Source of the DNA: Rhodospirillaceae bacterium
GTDB lineage: Bacteria > Pseudomonadota > Alphaproteobacteria > Kiloniellales > DSM-21159
Reading direction: 5' to 3'
NCBI GenBank assembly: GCA_029265995.1
Contig: JAJUFM010000002.1
Coordinates: forward strand, 2,956-66,955
Length of the DNA: 64,000 bases
Shown here: piece after piece, positions 47,846 to 58,979 of the stretch
Position numbering within the stretch: position 1 is the stretch's first letter
How the letters are laid out: every line of letters starts with the position of its first letter
The notes under the pieces: generated by a model
The model's input: the letters and a program-made list of their open reading frames with translations, nothing else
The model's database searches: none
Told to the model about the DNA's origin: nothing
Program-made: the position numbers and the translations under genes

Positions 47846-48706
47846 CTACCCCAGACTGACCGGCTTCGCCTTTGCGAGCTTGTCGAAGGCGACGAGCGTT
47901 TCCAGCAGATCGCGGAATTGGTGCAGGGGCACCATATTCGGACCGTCGCTAGGCGCCCTGTCGGGGTCTTGATGCACCTCCATGAAGACGGCAGCAACTC
48001 CCACGGCCACGGCGCCCCGAGCCAGCACCGGAACAAACTCCCGCTGGCCGCCAGAGGTGGTGCCCTGCCCTCCTGGCTGCTGCACGGAATGGGTGGCGTC
48101 GAAGACGATCGGGCAGCCGGTCTGAGCCATGATGGGAAGGCCGCGCAGATCGGTTACCAGCGTATTGTAGCCAAAGGACGCGCCACGTTCTGTCAGCAGC
48201 ACCCGATCGTTGCCGGATGCCCGGACCTTCTCCGCCACGTTGCGCATATCCCAAGGGGCAAGAAACTGCCCCTTTTTCACGTTCACCACAGCTCCAGTCT
48301 TCGCGGCTGCCACGAGCAGGTCGGTCTGGCGGCAGAGAAAAGCTGGAATCTGCAGTACATCCACAGCTTCTGCGACCGCGGCGCACTGTGTCGCATCGTG
48401 TACATCCGTCAGCACCGGACATCCGAAGGTCTCACGGATCTCCGCGAAGATCGGCAACGCTTGATCGAGTCCGATGCCTCTTTGCGAGGAAAGGCTTGTC
48501 CGGTTCGCCTTGTCGAAGGAGGACTTGTAGATCAGCCCAACCCCGAGGCTGCCGCAGATCTCGCTAAGCGCCTGGGCCATCTCCAAGGCGTGCTCGCGGC
48601 TTTCCATAGCGCAGGGTCCGGCGATGATCGCGAGCGGCAGATCATTGCCGACTGTGAGGGACCCAATCTGGACATGATGAGTCTGAGTGTTGGCGGAGGT
48701 ACTCAT
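47846..48706 (-). CDS. kdsA: 3-deoxy-8-phosphooctulonate synthase
   Basis: 286 aa with [20 protein letters not shown] and DATHSVQ motifs. Confidence 0.92.
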   Translation of the reverse strand: MSTSANTQTHHVQIGSLTVGNDLPLAIIAGPCAMESREHALEMAQALSEICGSLGVGLIYKSSFDKANRTSLSSQRGIGLDQALPIFAEIRETFGCPVLTDVHDATQCAAVAEAVDVLQIPAFLCRQTDLLVAAAKTGAVVNVKKGQFLAPWDMRNVAEKVRASGNDRVLLTERGASFGYNTLVTDLRGLPIMAQTGCPIVFDATHSVQQPGGQGTTSGGQREFVPVLARGAVAVGVAAVFMEVHQDPDRAPSDGPNMVPLHQFRDLLETLVAFDKLAKAKPVSLG

Positions 48707-48723
48707 GTTATGTCCCCTTGCAC

Positions 48724-50349
48724 CTACATAAGGCGCGACTGTTCAACCGCCGCCCGCACGAAGGAAGTGAAGAGCGGATGCGGATCGAAGGGTTTAGACT
48801 TCAGTTCAGGATGGAACTGCACACCAATGAACCAAGGATGTTCGGGCAGTTCCACGATCTCCGGCAGCTCACCGTCAGGAGACATGCCAGAGAAGCGGAG
48901 CCCCACCTGCTCCAAAGCTTCCTTGTAGTTTACGTTGACTTCGTAGCGATGGCGATGGCGTTCCTGAATCTCCCGGGTGCCATAGATCTCCTGCACCTTG
49001 CTGCCGGGTGCCAGAACCGCAGGGTAGGCTCCAAGCCTCATCGTCCCGCCCAGATCGTCGTCGATGCCGCGCTGCTCCAGCTGGTTGTCCCGCATCCATT
49101 CGGTTAGCAGGCCCACGACAGGGGGATCCGGCACGCCGAATTCGGTGGAACCTGCCCCGCTCAGGCCGGCGAGATTCCGTGCGGCCTCAATGACCGCCAT
49201 CTGCATGCCGAGGCAGATACCCAGGTAGGGCACGCGGCGCTCGCGAGCAAAGCGGGCTGCAGCGATCTTTCCCTCAGTGCCGCGCTCACCGAAACCTCCA
49301 GGCACCAGGATGCCATGGACGCCTTCCAACTGCTGCAACTGGGATTCGCTTTCGAAAATCTCGGCATCAAGCCAGTTCACCTTGACCCGCACCGCGTTCG
49401 CAATGCCGCCATGGGTCAGGGCTTCAGCAAGTGACTTATAGGCGTCGATCAAGCTGGTGTACTTGCCCACGACGCCGATTGTCACCTCGCCGTCGGGGTT
49501 GCGAATGGAGTTGGTGATGCCATCCCAAACACCGAGATCCGGCTGCGGCGTTTCGAGCTTGAAGTGACTGCACACGACCGCATCCATACCCTCTTCGTGA
49601 TAGGCTCGCGGCACCGCATAGATGGTGTCGACATCCAGCGCCTGAATGACGGCCTCTTCTCGCAGGTTGCAAAAGAGGGCCAGCTTTCGCCGTGCATCCC
49701 GGTCGATCGGGTGCTCGGAGCGGCACAGCAGCATGTCGGGTTGGATACCGACCGACTGCAGTTCCTTGACTGAGTGCTGTGTCGGCTTGGTCTTCAACTC
49801 GCCGGCTGAACCGATGTAGGGCAGCAGCGTCAAGTGAATGAACATGGTGCGCGAGTCGCCCAGTTCGTTGCCGAGCTGACGAATCGCTTCCAGAAAGGGC
49901 AGGCTTTCGATATCCCCGACCGTGCCACCGATCTCGCAAATGCAGAAATCCTCATCCGTGAGATCGGAACGGACGAAATCCTTGATGGCGTCCGTAACGT
50001 GAGGAATGACCTGAACCGTGGCGCCGAGGTAGTCGCCACGGCGTTCTCGTGCGATGATTCTACTGTAGATCTGGCCGGTGCTCACGCTGTCGCTGCGCCG
50101 GGAGGCCACGCCGGTAAAGCGCTCGTAGTGACCTAAATCCAGGTCGGTTTCGGCACCATCATCGGTGACGTAAACCTCCCCGTGCTGGTAGGGGCTCATG
50201 GTCCCGGGATCCACGTTGAGGTAGGGATCCAACTTTCTCAATCGGACCTTGAAGCCGCGTGCCTGAAGCAGCGCGCCAAGGGCCGCCGCTGCCAGCCCCT
50301 TCCCCAAGGAGGATACCACGCCGCCGGTGATAAAGATGAACCGCGTCAT
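48724..50349 (-). CDS. pyrG: CTP synthase
   Basis: 541 aa with the [19 protein letters not shown]-terminus and the GATase motif GICLGMQ...HRHRYEVN. Confidence 0.95.
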   Translation of the reverse strand: MTRFIFITGGVVSSLGKGLAAAALGALLQARGFKVRLRKLDPYLNVDPGTMSPYQHGEVYVTDDGAETDLDLGHYERFTGVASRRSDSVSTGQIYSRIIARERRGDYLGATVQVIPHVTDAIKDFVRSDLTDEDFCICEIGGTVGDIESLPFLEAIRQLGNELGDSRTMFIHLTLLPYIGSAGELKTKPTQHSVKELQSVGIQPDMLLCRSEHPIDRDARRKLALFCNLREEAVIQALDVDTIYAVPRAYHEEGMDAVVCSHFKLETPQPDLGVWDGITNSIRNPDGEVTIGVVGKYTSLIDAYKSLAEALTHGGIANAVRVKVNWLDAEIFESESQLQQLEGVHGILVPGGFGERGTEGKIAAARFARERRVPYLGICLGMQMAVIEAARNLAGLSGAGSTEFGVPDPPVVGLLTEWMRDNQLEQRGIDDDLGGTMRLGAYPAVLAPGSKVQEIYGTREIQERHRHRYEVNVNYKEALEQVGLRFSGMSPDGELPEIVELPEHPWFIGVQFHPELKSKPFDPHPLFTSFVRAAVEQSRLM

Positions 50350-50504
50350 GGGACTCCCTTATCTGCGCATTCATGGCGCACGGCAAGCCCCTCCCGCGAA
50401 GCCTGCATGCGCACGATCGTTTCCAAAAACGTCTCAACAGGCTGCCGGCCGAAGAAACTTCGGCGCGGCGGGCCCTCCCGATTCGCTGCTTTGAAGTGAA
50501 GCCG

Positions 50505-50858
50505 TTATTGCACTGGGACGCTCGGCGGGGCTGGCTCGTTGGGAACCGCCGGTTCCGGCTGTGCTTCACCGGAAGAAGGAGCCGAGGGGATGAGCGGCGT
50601 GTCGACGATAGAGCTCGGCTCAGTTCGTCCGCCCGCCAAGATCGTCATCAAAAGGCTGGTGACCATGAAGGCCGCTGCCAGAATGGCAGTCGTGCGAGTC
50701 AAAAGGTTCGCGGCGCCGCGACCGGACATAAAGCCGCCCATGCCTCCGCCGCCGCCACCTCCGATTCCCAAACCACCGCCCTCGCTACGCTGCATCAGCA
50801 CCACGCCGATCAGCGCCAAAACGATCAGGAGATGGATAACCAGGAGAACCTGCATCAT
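50505..50858 (-). CDS. secG: Preprotein translocase subunit SecG
   Basis: 117 aa with an LLVIHLLIVLALIGVVLMQRSEGGGLG motif. Confidence 0.9.
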   Translation of the reverse strand: MMQVLLVIHLLIVLALIGVVLMQRSEGGGLGIGGGGGGGMGGFMSGRGAANLLTRTTAILAAAFMVTSLLMTILAGGRTEPSSIVDTPLIPSAPSSGEAQPEPAVPNEPAPPSVPVQ

Positions 50859-50988
50859 GGCGGAACCGCCTTCGCTCTACTTCAAGTACACCAAGCCCGG
50901 CGCCCAGGGTGGTGGGCCGGGTGACGCCGCCGATATAGCTGTTTGGGCCTTACGTTGCCAGGAATATTCGCTCGGGCCAGCCTTGCAG

Positions 50989-51750
50989 TCACGCAACACT
51001 GGCACAGGCAATGGCCCAAAAGTCCTCCGCCTTCAGGCTCGCCCCGCCGACCAAGGCACCATCCACATCCTGCAACGCCAGCAGCTCTGCCGCATTCGAT
51101 GGTTTGACCGACCCCCCATATAGAATTCGAGTTTGGGCTGCAGCCTCCTCTCCCGCTTCGCTCTGCAGCATAGCACGTATAGCGGCGTGCACGTCAGCGA
51201 CATCCTGAGGAGTGGCCGTGAGTCCGGTGCCAATCGCCCACACTGGTTCGTAGGCAATCACGACACGGCTGCCAGCGCCTGCCGGTAGAGAGTTGCGCAC
51301 TTGCTTCTCGATGACCGAGAGTGCTTGACCCGCATCCCGCTCCGCCTGGGTCTCGCCGACACAAACGATGGGCTTCAAGCCGGCGGCAAGGGCGGCAGAC
51401 GCCTTGGCCTGTACCAAGGCATCATCTTCCCGATGATCCTGGCGCCGTTCCGAGTGTCCGACAATTACATAGCTGCAGCCCACGTCGGCCAGCATCGTGG
51501 CGCTGATGTCTCCCGTATGAGCGCCGGCCTCCTTCGGGTGGCAGTCCTGTCCCCCGATGGCAATCTTCGCTCGGCGGGCACGCTCCTCGATCACCGGCAG
51601 CAACACGAAGGGCGGGCAGACAAGCAGATCAAAGGCAGCCGCCGTCGATTCGGCTTCGCGACAATGCGCAGCCAGCGCTTCCACAAGGGCAAGCCCCTGC
51701 GCCTTCGATCCATTCATCTTCCAGTTGCCGGCAATGAGCTTCCGCCGCAT
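50989..51750 (-). CDS. tpiA: Triose-phosphate isomerase
   Basis: 253 aa with [15 protein letters not shown] and [11 protein letters not shown] motifs. Confidence 0.93.
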   Translation of the reverse strand: MRRKLIAGNWKMNGSKAQGLALVEALAAHCREAESTAAAFDLLVCPPFVLLPVIEERARRAKIAIGGQDCHPKEAGAHTGDISATMLADVGCSYVIVGHSERRQDHREDDALVQAKASAALAAGLKPIVCVGETQAERDAGQALSVIEKQVRNSLPAGAGSRVVIAYEPVWAIGTGLTATPQDVADVHAAIRAMLQSEAGEEAAAQTRILYGGSVKPSNAAELLALQDVDGALVGGASLKAEDFWAIACASVA

Positions 51751-51918
51751 CGAGATCTCCTTCTTCGCGTGTGACGAACTTTCCTAGCATGCCCCTCTCT
51801 CCGCAACCAGTTCCACCACCGCCGCAGGCTCTTCTGTTGCCCGGTGGCGGCACGCTACGTAGGATGCGCGCACATCTGTGCCCAAAGCGGCGCGACTGAA
51901 CACTTCTGGCGGTATTTC

Positions 51919-53790
51919 ATGGGCAAATTGCGCGGCGTCGTCGCCAAGGTTTTTCTCTACGTTCTGTTTGGCCTGCTGAGCCTCAGCTTCGCCATCTGGG
52001 GCATCGGCGACATCTTCCGAGGGCGCACGGCCGCACCTGTGGTGGCCGAGGTCGGAGATGAGGAGATCACTCAAGCCGAGTTTCGCCGAGCGTTTAGTTC
52101 AGAGTTCAATCGCCTGCGGCAGATGCTCGGTGGCAGCTTCGACGTCCAGCAAGCGCAAGCGCTAGGCCTGCCGGATCAGGTGCTGGCGGACTTGCTGACG
52201 CGCCGGCTCTATGAGGCGGAGCAGCGGTCGCTGGGGCTGGTGGTAACGGAAGATCAGATCCGCCAGGAGATCTTCTCCATCCCCGCCTTTCAGAATGAGC
52301 AAGGCCAGTTCGACCGCCTCCGTTATGAGCAGGCGCTACGGATGAGCCAACTTACCGAAGGAGCGCTGGTACAGCAGATCGAGCAGGAGATCATCCGCAA
52401 CCGCATCCTCTCTGGCGTACTCGGCGGGCTGAGCGCGCCGGAACAAATGGCCGAAGCTCTTTATATCTACCGCAATGAAACGAGGGTGGCGGACTATGTG
52501 GAGGTTCCCTTGCCCGGCCCCGAGGCCCTGGTGGAACCCGACGAAGAAGAGCTGCTCGCCCTTTACGAGGAACAGGTCGCCAATTTCCAGGCTCCGGAGC
52601 TTCGAGAGCTTTCCTGGCTCCACATCGATCCGGGCCAACTGGCGGCTGAAATGTCCTTTGATGAAGAAGAGCTACAGGCTGCCTACGAAGAGCGCCGCCA
52701 GGACTTCGAGGATCCAGAACGCCGCCACGTAGAGCAGATCCTTTTTGATAACGAAGAAAATGCCCGGCAGGCCTATGAGCAGATCAGCGCAGGGGAAACC
52801 ATGGAGGAGGTGGCCGAGGAGCTCGAGGGCTCTGGCGTCATCGACCTCGGTCACGTTACCGAGAGCGAGCTGCCATCCGCCCTGGCAAGTGCAGTCTTTG
52901 CACTGGATCAAGGGGAGGTGAGCGAGCCGCTGGAAAGCGATTTCGGCTGGCACCTCGTGCGGGTTGCCGAAATTCAACCGCAAACCGTCAGCTCCTTCGC
53001 GGAGGTGCGCGAAGAGGTGCGGCGGCAATTGGCGGAAAGCGAAGCCATCGAAAGCGCCATTGCTCTGGCCAACCGCCTGGACGACGAGTTGGCGGCTGGG
53101 GGAACACTGGAAGAGGCGGCAGAAGATCTGAATATCGAGCTTCACCACCATGATGGTGTTGCCCATGGTGGACATGATGCCAACGACCAACCAGTAGCCG
53201 ACCTCCCGGCGCCGCAGCAGTTCCTGGATACCGCTTTCAGCACGGCCGCCGGCGACACCAGCCTGCTGGTGGAGACGGAAGATGGCGGGTTTTTCATTGT
53301 CCGAGTTGACGGCGTCATTCCGCCGGCCGCGCGTCCCTTCGAGGAGGTGCGCGATACCGTTGTGCAACGCTGGCAACGGGCGGAGCTGCAAGCACTCGCC
53401 TTCGAACAAGCCGACCAACTGGCCGACCGGGTACGGGATGGTGAAAGCCTCGCTGCCGTCGCGGAAGCCGAAGGCTTGGCAATGCATGAAACTCAGCCGC
53501 TGAAGCGGGATGCAACCGAACCTTCCGCCGTTTTCGTCGAACAGCTGTTCGAGGTACAGCCAGACGACGTCTTTGTAACTTCCGGCGAAGGGTCGGTGCT
53601 GGTCGCTTTCCTTCGGGAGGTCCAGGCGCCTGACCCAACGTCTCAGCCAGAGCAGTTAACGGAACTGCGCCAGCAGGCATCAGGAAGGCTGCGGCAAGAT
53701 ATGGAATTGCTCTTCCGGCAGGCTCTGGAGCGCCACCACCGCGTGGAGATCAACCAGCGACGTATCGATGACGTCCTATTGGAATTTTAA
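51919..53790 (+). CDS. ppiD: Periplasmic chaperone / peptidyl-prolyl isomerase PpiD-like (SurA N-terminal domain protein)
   Basis: Internal ATG 51919 gives an N-terminal TM anchor (VFLYVLFGLLSLSFAIWGIGDIF). A parvulin-like segment (FGWHLVRV) is present. The protein is 623 aa. Confidence 0.8.
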   Translation: MGKLRGVVAKVFLYVLFGLLSLSFAIWGIGDIFRGRTAAPVVAEVGDEEITQAEFRRAFSSEFNRLRQMLGGSFDVQQAQALGLPDQVLADLLTRRLYEAEQRSLGLVVTEDQIRQEIFSIPAFQNEQGQFDRLRYEQALRMSQLTEGALVQQIEQEIIRNRILSGVLGGLSAPEQMAEALYIYRNETRVADYVEVPLPGPEALVEPDEEELLALYEEQVANFQAPELRELSWLHIDPGQLAAEMSFDEEELQAAYEERRQDFEDPERRHVEQILFDNEENARQAYEQISAGETMEEVAEELEGSGVIDLGHVTESELPSALASAVFALDQGEVSEPLESDFGWHLVRVAEIQPQTVSSFAEVREEVRRQLAESEAIESAIALANRLDDELAAGGTLEEAAEDLNIELHHHDGVAHGGHDANDQPVADLPAPQQFLDTAFSTAAGDTSLLVETEDGGFFIVRVDGVIPPAARPFEEVRDTVVQRWQRAELQALAFEQADQLADRVRDGESLAAVAEAEGLAMHETQPLKRDATEPSAVFVEQLFEVQPDDVFVTSGEGSVLVAFLREVQAPDPTSQPEQLTELRQQASGRLRQDMELLFRQALERHHRVEINQRRIDDVLLEF

Positions 53791-53793
53791 GCC

Positions 53794-55299
53794 GTGCAGG
53801 TACAACCGGACTTCGAGACGTTCCGTACCACCTATGAGGCAGGAAAACCTCAGGTCGTCTGGACCACGCTCATAGCCGACCTGGAAACGCCGGTTTCGGC
53901 GTTTCTCAAGCTGGCAGAGGGGCAGCCCTTTTCCTTTCTTTTCGAATCGGTTGAGGGCGGGACGACCATCGCCCGCTATTCCTTCATCACCCTCAAGCCC
54001 GACCTGATCTGGCGCTGCCGCGACGGAAGAAGCGAGATCAATCGTCGCGCTCGCTTCCAGCCCGACGCCTTTCAGGTCCAGGACGGCAATCCCCTCGAGA
54101 ACCTTCGCGCCCTTTCGCACGAGTGTGACATGGAAATTCCGGCGCACCTGCCCCCGATGGCTGCCTCACTGATCGGCTATGCGGGCTATGACATGGTCCG
54201 CCACATGGAGCGACTGCCGGCGAAAAACCCGGACGTTCTGGGCGTACCCGACAGCATCTTCGTAAGGCCCACAGTCACTGCCATCTTCGATCGCGTGGAA
54301 GATCTGGTGACGGTGATCTCACCCGTCTGGCCGAGCAGCGAACGGTCGGCCGCTGCTGCCTACGAACTAGCCTGCGAAAGGCTGGCCGAGGTTGCTGCCG
54401 ATTTCGAACGCTCTCTGCCTTATCGTCGAGAGAGAAGCGAGGACGTGGCGGAGTTGCCGGAACCCAAGTCCAACATCAGCCGCGAAGACTTCCATGCAAT
54501 GGTGCGCAAAGCGAAGGACTACATCGCAGCCGGTGACATCTACCAGGTCGTTCTGGCGCAGCGCTTTTCTGTGCCCTTTACCCTACCCCCCTTCCTGCTC
54601 TATCGAGCCCTGCGGCGCCTTAATCCGTCCCCCTTCCTCTTCTATCTGGACTTCGGCGACTTCTCGGTGGTTGGCTCCTCCCCGGAGGTGTTGGTTCGCC
54701 TGCGCGATGGGATCGTCACCATTCGGCCGCTGGCTGGTACAAGGAAGCGCGGCGCAACAGCGGACGAGGATCGCGCGCTGGCTGAAGAGTTGTTGGCAGA
54801 TCCCAAGGAGCGCGCCGAGCATCTCATGCTGCTCGACCTGGGGCGCAATGATGTCGGGCGTGTTTCTCAGGTGGGGAGCGTTAGAGTGACGGAACAGTTC
54901 GTCGTCGAACGCTATAGCCATGTGATGCACATATCCTCCAACGTCGACGGCCGTCTGGACCAGCGCTATGATGCGCTCGATGCCCTGGTCGCTGGTTTCC
55001 CGGCAGGCACCGTATCGGGCGCCCCCAAGGTGCGCGCGATGCAAATAATCGAAGAGCTCGAGCCGGATCGCCGCGGCACCTATGCAGGCGCCATCGGATA
55101 TTTCGGCGCCAACGGCGACATGGATACCTGTATCGGCTTGCGCACGGCACTGGTGAAAGACGGTATGCTGCACGTGCAGGCCGGAGCCGGCCTGGTCGCC
55201 GACAGTGATCCGGAGAGCGAGTACCAGGAGTGCCGTAACAAAGCGCGGGCGCTGATCCGAGCCGCCGAAGAGGCCTTACGATTTGCGCGACAAAGCTGA
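53794..55299 (+). CDS. trpE: Anthranilate synthase component I
   Basis: 501 aa, GTG start 3 nt after the ppiD stop. LESVEGG-type (FESVEGG), GDIYQVVLAQRF, GTVSGAPK and GAIGYF motifs are present. Confidence 0.93.
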   Translation: MQVQPDFETFRTTYEAGKPQVVWTTLIADLETPVSAFLKLAEGQPFSFLFESVEGGTTIARYSFITLKPDLIWRCRDGRSEINRRARFQPDAFQVQDGNPLENLRALSHECDMEIPAHLPPMAASLIGYAGYDMVRHMERLPAKNPDVLGVPDSIFVRPTVTAIFDRVEDLVTVISPVWPSSERSAAAAYELACERLAEVAADFERSLPYRRERSEDVAELPEPKSNISREDFHAMVRKAKDYIAAGDIYQVVLAQRFSVPFTLPPFLLYRALRRLNPSPFLFYLDFGDFSVVGSSPEVLVRLRDGIVTIRPLAGTRKRGATADEDRALAEELLADPKERAEHLMLLDLGRNDVGRVSQVGSVRVTEQFVVERYSHVMHISSNVDGRLDQRYDALDALVAGFPAGTVSGAPKVRAMQIIEELEPDRRGTYAGAIGYFGANGDMDTCIGLRTALVKDGMLHVQAGAGLVADSDPESEYQECRNKARALIRAAEEALRFARQS

Positions 55300-56347
55300 T
55301 CCGGAGCCACCTGCTTTCTGGTCTGACAGGAACAACAACGTGGAGCTGCTGCATCCGCCTTTGACCCGAAACGCCGATGGCGAAGTCCGTAATGTCGGCG
55401 TGGAGATCGAATTCGCCGGACTCGATGCTCTGCAGGCAGCCAGTTGCGTCCGCCAGCTGTTCGGCGGCCGCTTGGTGGAGCATGATCCCTACAGCTTTAC
55501 CGTGGAAAATACCTGCTTCGGCGATTTCAAGTGCGAGCTGGATAGCCACTATGCGCACGCTACCGAAGAAGACGTGCGCAGCCTCAAGGACTTGCTGTTC
55601 GGGCTGCTGGATGACCGCCAGGCACAGGACCTGGCACGCAAAGCCGGAGCTCTCATCGGCGATGTAGCCCGTCATTGGATGCCAGTGGAAATCGTCGGCC
55701 CGCCGACGCCCTACGTCGATATCGGGGCCTATGACCGTCTGGCCGATGCGCTCGCAGAGGCCGGGGCCGAGGGCACTCAGGAGTCGCTGATTTACAGCTT
55801 TGGCATGCAACTGAACCCCGAAGTGGCAGCCTATGATGCAGATTATATCTGCCGCCATATTCAAGCTTACTGCCTAGCCTCCGAATGGCTGCGCTCGGCA
55901 ATCCAGGTCGACGTCACCCGGCGCGTGCTGCCGTTCGTTGACCGCTTCCCCATCGCCTATCAGCGCCTGATCCTGAGGCACGACTATCGGCCTGACCTGG
56001 GGCAGCTGATTGACGACTTCATCGAGCACAACCCCACTCGTAACCGAGAACTGGATCTGCTGCCCCTGTTCTGCTTCATCGATGAGCGGCGGATCGCCGA
56101 CTCAGTGGACATGACGCTGGTGAAGCCACGGCCCACTTTCCATTACCGCTTGCCGAATGCATCGCTGGGGATAAGGGGCTGGTCGGTAATGCAAGAATGG
56201 AACCGCTGGGTGGCTGTCGAGCGGCTGGCCGCCAACAACGAGCGGCGTCTCCCAATGATCGAGGCCTGGCAGGAGAACAACGCGCGGTCGACGCCACTGG
56301 AGTGGAGCGAAGTGGCTCGCCCGTGGATGGAGAACGGCGACTCTTGA
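55283..56347 (+). CDS. Amidoligase-family (Amidoligase_2-like, GS/GCS-fold) protein
   Basis: VGVEIEF, PVEIVGPP and FGMQLNPEV motifs are present. The start is either TTG 55283 (17-nt overlap with trpE) or in-frame GTG 55340 (AGGAA upstream). The stop overlaps the next start. Confidence 0.7.
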   Translation: MRDKADPEPPAFWSDRNNNVELLHPPLTRNADGEVRNVGVEIEFAGLDALQAASCVRQLFGGRLVEHDPYSFTVENTCFGDFKCELDSHYAHATEEDVRSLKDLLFGLLDDRQAQDLARKAGALIGDVARHWMPVEIVGPPTPYVDIGAYDRLADALAEAGAEGTQESLIYSFGMQLNPEVAAYDADYICRHIQAYCLASEWLRSAIQVDVTRRVLPFVDRFPIAYQRLILRHDYRPDLGQLIDDFIEHNPTRNRELDLLPLFCFIDERRIADSVDMTLVKPRPTFHYRLPNASLGIRGWSVMQEWNRWVAVERLAANNERRLPMIEAWQENNARSTPLEWSEVARPWMENGDS

Positions 56348-57018
56348 GAGCGCCGCTGATTGCCGTGACCAGCTCGCGCCGCCGCGCCCTCTTCACCGCG
56401 GTGATGAACCGCCTGGCGCTCGCCCGAGCCGGGGCACGTAGCATCAGGATCTATCCAGGCAAAAGTATCGACTTCAGCCAGGTGGACGGCTTGCTGATCG
56501 GCGGGGGAGACGACATCGATGTCAAGCTCTACGATCAGGATCTGGTGCTGGAGACCCGCCTGGACCCGAAGCGCGACGCCCTCGAACAGGAGTTGCTCGC
56601 CAAGGCAGAGAGCCGCAACCTGCCTGTCCTCGGCATCTGCCGAGGCGCGCAGATGCTGAATGTCTACTACGGCGGCTCCCTCGTACCTGACATTCATGCC
56701 CTCTTCGAGGATCTCCCCCGCATGCGGACGGCATTGCCCCGCAAATGGGTCAATCTTCGGGTCGACAGTCGTCTCCACGGCGTTCTTGGACAGACGCGTC
56801 TTCGGGTAAACTCCTTGCATCACCAGGCTGTAGACCGCTTGGGGCGGGACCTTCGCGCCGTGGCGCGAGACGACGCCGGGATCATCCAGGCAATCGAGAA
56901 CGAGAAGCATCCCTTCATGATCGGCGTGCAGTGGCATCCGGAGTTGATGCCCTTGTATCGTGGCCAGCAGGAACTCTTTCGCCGTCTTGTCGCGACCGCG
57001 CGAGGACTGGGCGTGTGA
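56344..57018 (+). CDS. Class-I glutamine amidotransferase-like peptidase C26 (gamma-glutamyl-GABA hydrolase PuuD-like)
   Basis: TTG 56344 overlaps the amidoligase stop (TTGA). The protein is 224 aa with nucleophile elbow GICRGAQ and His motif GVQWHPE. Confidence 0.8.
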   Translation: MRAPLIAVTSSRRRALFTAVMNRLALARAGARSIRIYPGKSIDFSQVDGLLIGGGDDIDVKLYDQDLVLETRLDPKRDALEQELLAKAESRNLPVLGICRGAQMLNVYYGGSLVPDIHALFEDLPRMRTALPRKWVNLRVDSRLHGVLGQTRLRVNSLHHQAVDRLGRDLRAVARDDAGIIQAIENEKHPFMIGVQWHPELMPLYRGQQELFRRLVATARGLGV

Positions 57019-57794
57019 AACCACTTTCCCTTCGCAAGCGCTTCCTACTGCTGCGCCAGGGACTTGTTCTACTCGTTCTGGGAGGAGTTCTCACTGCCTA
57101 CTTCCTGTTCGATCTTGGGCAGTGGTTCAGCTTTGAAGCCCTGGCGGCACGAAGTGTCGGGGCTCGAGATCTTGCTATCGAGCAACCCTTCAAGGTAGTC
57201 GCGCTGTTCCTTGTCACCCTCAGCCTCGTAACACTCTTTTGCGTACCGGCCGTGGCGATCATGCAGATCCTCTCCGGCTTCCTTTTCGGCGTGCTGCTCG
57301 GCACGCTTCTTTCGGTGGTCGCTCAGACGATCGGTGGGCTGTTGGCCTTCCTCATCGCACGCAGCACCTTCCGTGACAGCTTTACCCGCCTGACCGGATC
57401 CTATTTGGCGGGGCTGGAGGCGGGTTTCCGGGCCAACGCCTTTACCTACATCGTGGCGCTTCGCATGACCCCCGTCATGCCTTACTGGGTCGTGAACATC
57501 GCTCCCAGCCTGCTGGGCGTCAGCGTGATGCCCTTCCTCCTCGGCACTCTACTCGGCGCCATACCGCTCACCTTTGTCTATGCGACCTTTGGAACGGGAC
57601 TGGGGGAAGTGATTGAGGCAGGCGGATCCCCGGACCTGAAGGATCTGGTAACGCCACGGGCAATCGCACTTGTCGTTGTTGCACTGCTGTTTGCTTTCGC
57701 CCCCATCCTGCTGCGTCGCTGGTTGGGCCGGAAGGTCAGCGGGCCGCGCGATGCCTGCAAGCACGTCCAATCCGATCACAAGACGATCAACTAG
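57015..57794 (+). CDS. TVP38/TMEM64 (DedA-related, SNARE-associated) family membrane protein
   Basis: GTG 57015 overlaps the C26 stop (GTGA). The protein is 259 aa and polytopic, with a SGFLFGVLLGTLLSVVAQTIGGLLAFLIAR motif. Confidence 0.8.
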   Translation: MKPLSLRKRFLLLRQGLVLLVLGGVLTAYFLFDLGQWFSFEALAARSVGARDLAIEQPFKVVALFLVTLSLVTLFCVPAVAIMQILSGFLFGVLLGTLLSVVAQTIGGLLAFLIARSTFRDSFTRLTGSYLAGLEAGFRANAFTYIVALRMTPVMPYWVVNIAPSLLGVSVMPFLLGTLLGAIPLTFVYATFGTGLGEVIEAGGSPDLKDLVTPRAIALVVVALLFAFAPILLRRWLGRKVSGPRDACKHVQSDHKTIN

Positions 57795-58797
57795 GATCCG
57801 CACCAACGGCGGCAACTGGCCGGCGACTGGTGCCCGGCGCATCCGGCACGGCCGCACTGATCGGAATCAATTGAAAGCCTCGCTTCTCCAATGAGGGGAG
57901 CCACTCCTCCAGCAGGTCGAGCGTCTCGGAGTGAGGATGGCCTATGGCAATGGCAAGACCCTTACTAAGCGCAAGCTCCTCGGCCGCGTCCAACTGTCCG
58001 CGGATGAAGGTCCGAGATACCTCATGATCGAGGAAGATATCTCGCGCCGCTGCCGGCACCCCCAGTTCCTCCGCGAGGGCCATACCCTGCGAGCTCCCTG
58101 CGGTGCGGGAATCCAGGAACAGCAGCCCCTTGCTGCGCAACTCCGCCATGACCACCCGCATCCCCGCTTCGTCAGTGGTAAAGCCGCTGCCCATGTGATT
58201 GTTGATGCCAACGAAGCCTTGCAGCCGATCCAGTCCCCAGGCGAGGTTGCTCTTCAGGGTTTCCGCTGATTGACCGCGCCTCAGCGCTCTGGGTCCCGGG
58301 TTTACAGAAGAATCGCTCGGCTCCATCGGCACATGCAGCAGCAGTTCATGACCGGCCGAGCGCGCAGCAGATGCCAGCGGCGCAAGGTTCTCGGCGTAGG
58401 TCATGAATGACAGGGTCAGTGGGCCGGGCAGCGCAATGGCGCGCCGTGCCGCGGACCGGTTCAGCCCCAGATCGTCCAGCACGATGACAATCTGTGGCCG
58501 TTCCGGATCTAGCGCCACCGGGACGGCGTAGCGCTTCCAGGGCTGCAGCAGAGACTTGTCGGAACGTGGGAGGCCGAGCGATGGCGGCGGCTGAGGCGCC
58601 GCGGGCATGAGATGCAAGGGAGTGGGCTGGAGAACATCTTCCGCCACACTGGCGGTAACGACGCGTTCAGGAGCTACGGGTTTCAGTGGAGATGGAGTAT
58701 CTTGATCCGAGCCGGAGACGACGCCAAGGGTGCCCGCAAGTACGACTACCGACAGGCTCGCTCCCAGGCGCAATCCTCTGGTCCACCGCTGCCTCAT
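57787..58797 (-). CDS. Divergent polysaccharide deacetylase family protein (YibQ-like)
   Basis: 336 aa with an N-terminal anchor and the pattern [11 protein letters not shown]...LLLHVPMEP. Its 3' end overlaps the convergent TVP38 gene by 8 nt. Confidence 0.8.
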   Translation of the reverse strand: MRQRWTRGLRLGASLSVVVLAGTLGVVSGSDQDTPSPLKPVAPERVVTASVAEDVLQPTPLHLMPAAPQPPPSLGLPRSDKSLLQPWKRYAVPVALDPERPQIVIVLDDLGLNRSAARRAIALPGPLTLSFMTYAENLAPLASAARSAGHELLLHVPMEPSDSSVNPGPRALRRGQSAETLKSNLAWGLDRLQGFVGINNHMGSGFTTDEAGMRVVMAELRSKGLLFLDSRTAGSSQGMALAEELGVPAAARDIFLDHEVSRTFIRGQLDAAEELALSKGLAIAIGHPHSETLDLLEEWLPSLEKRGFQLIPISAAVPDAPGTSRRPVAAVGADPS

Positions 58798-58937
58798 TCA
58801 GTACTCCCGCTAACCCTTCGGGAGACAAATTAGCACGTCTGGGCCAACAATCACCGCAGCGCCCTGTGGCAAGCGATGGAGGCTGCAAGGGCCTGCTGCT
58901 TTCTCCTTCGTGCCCGGATTGCTATAACGAGCTACGC

Positions 58938-58969
58938 GTCCGCGGGCGACCTTCCGCGGGCACCTTTTT
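58938..58969 (+). terminator. Terminator-like hairpin plus T5 in the trpG leader (candidate attenuator)
   Basis: GTCCGCGG (58938-45) pairs with CCGCGGGC (58954-61) around an 8-nt loop. This is followed by ACC and TTTTT (58965-69), 10 nt before the trpG ATG. No upstream + strand gene exists for it to terminate. Confidence 0.4.
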
Positions 58970-58979
58970 GGATGACCCC

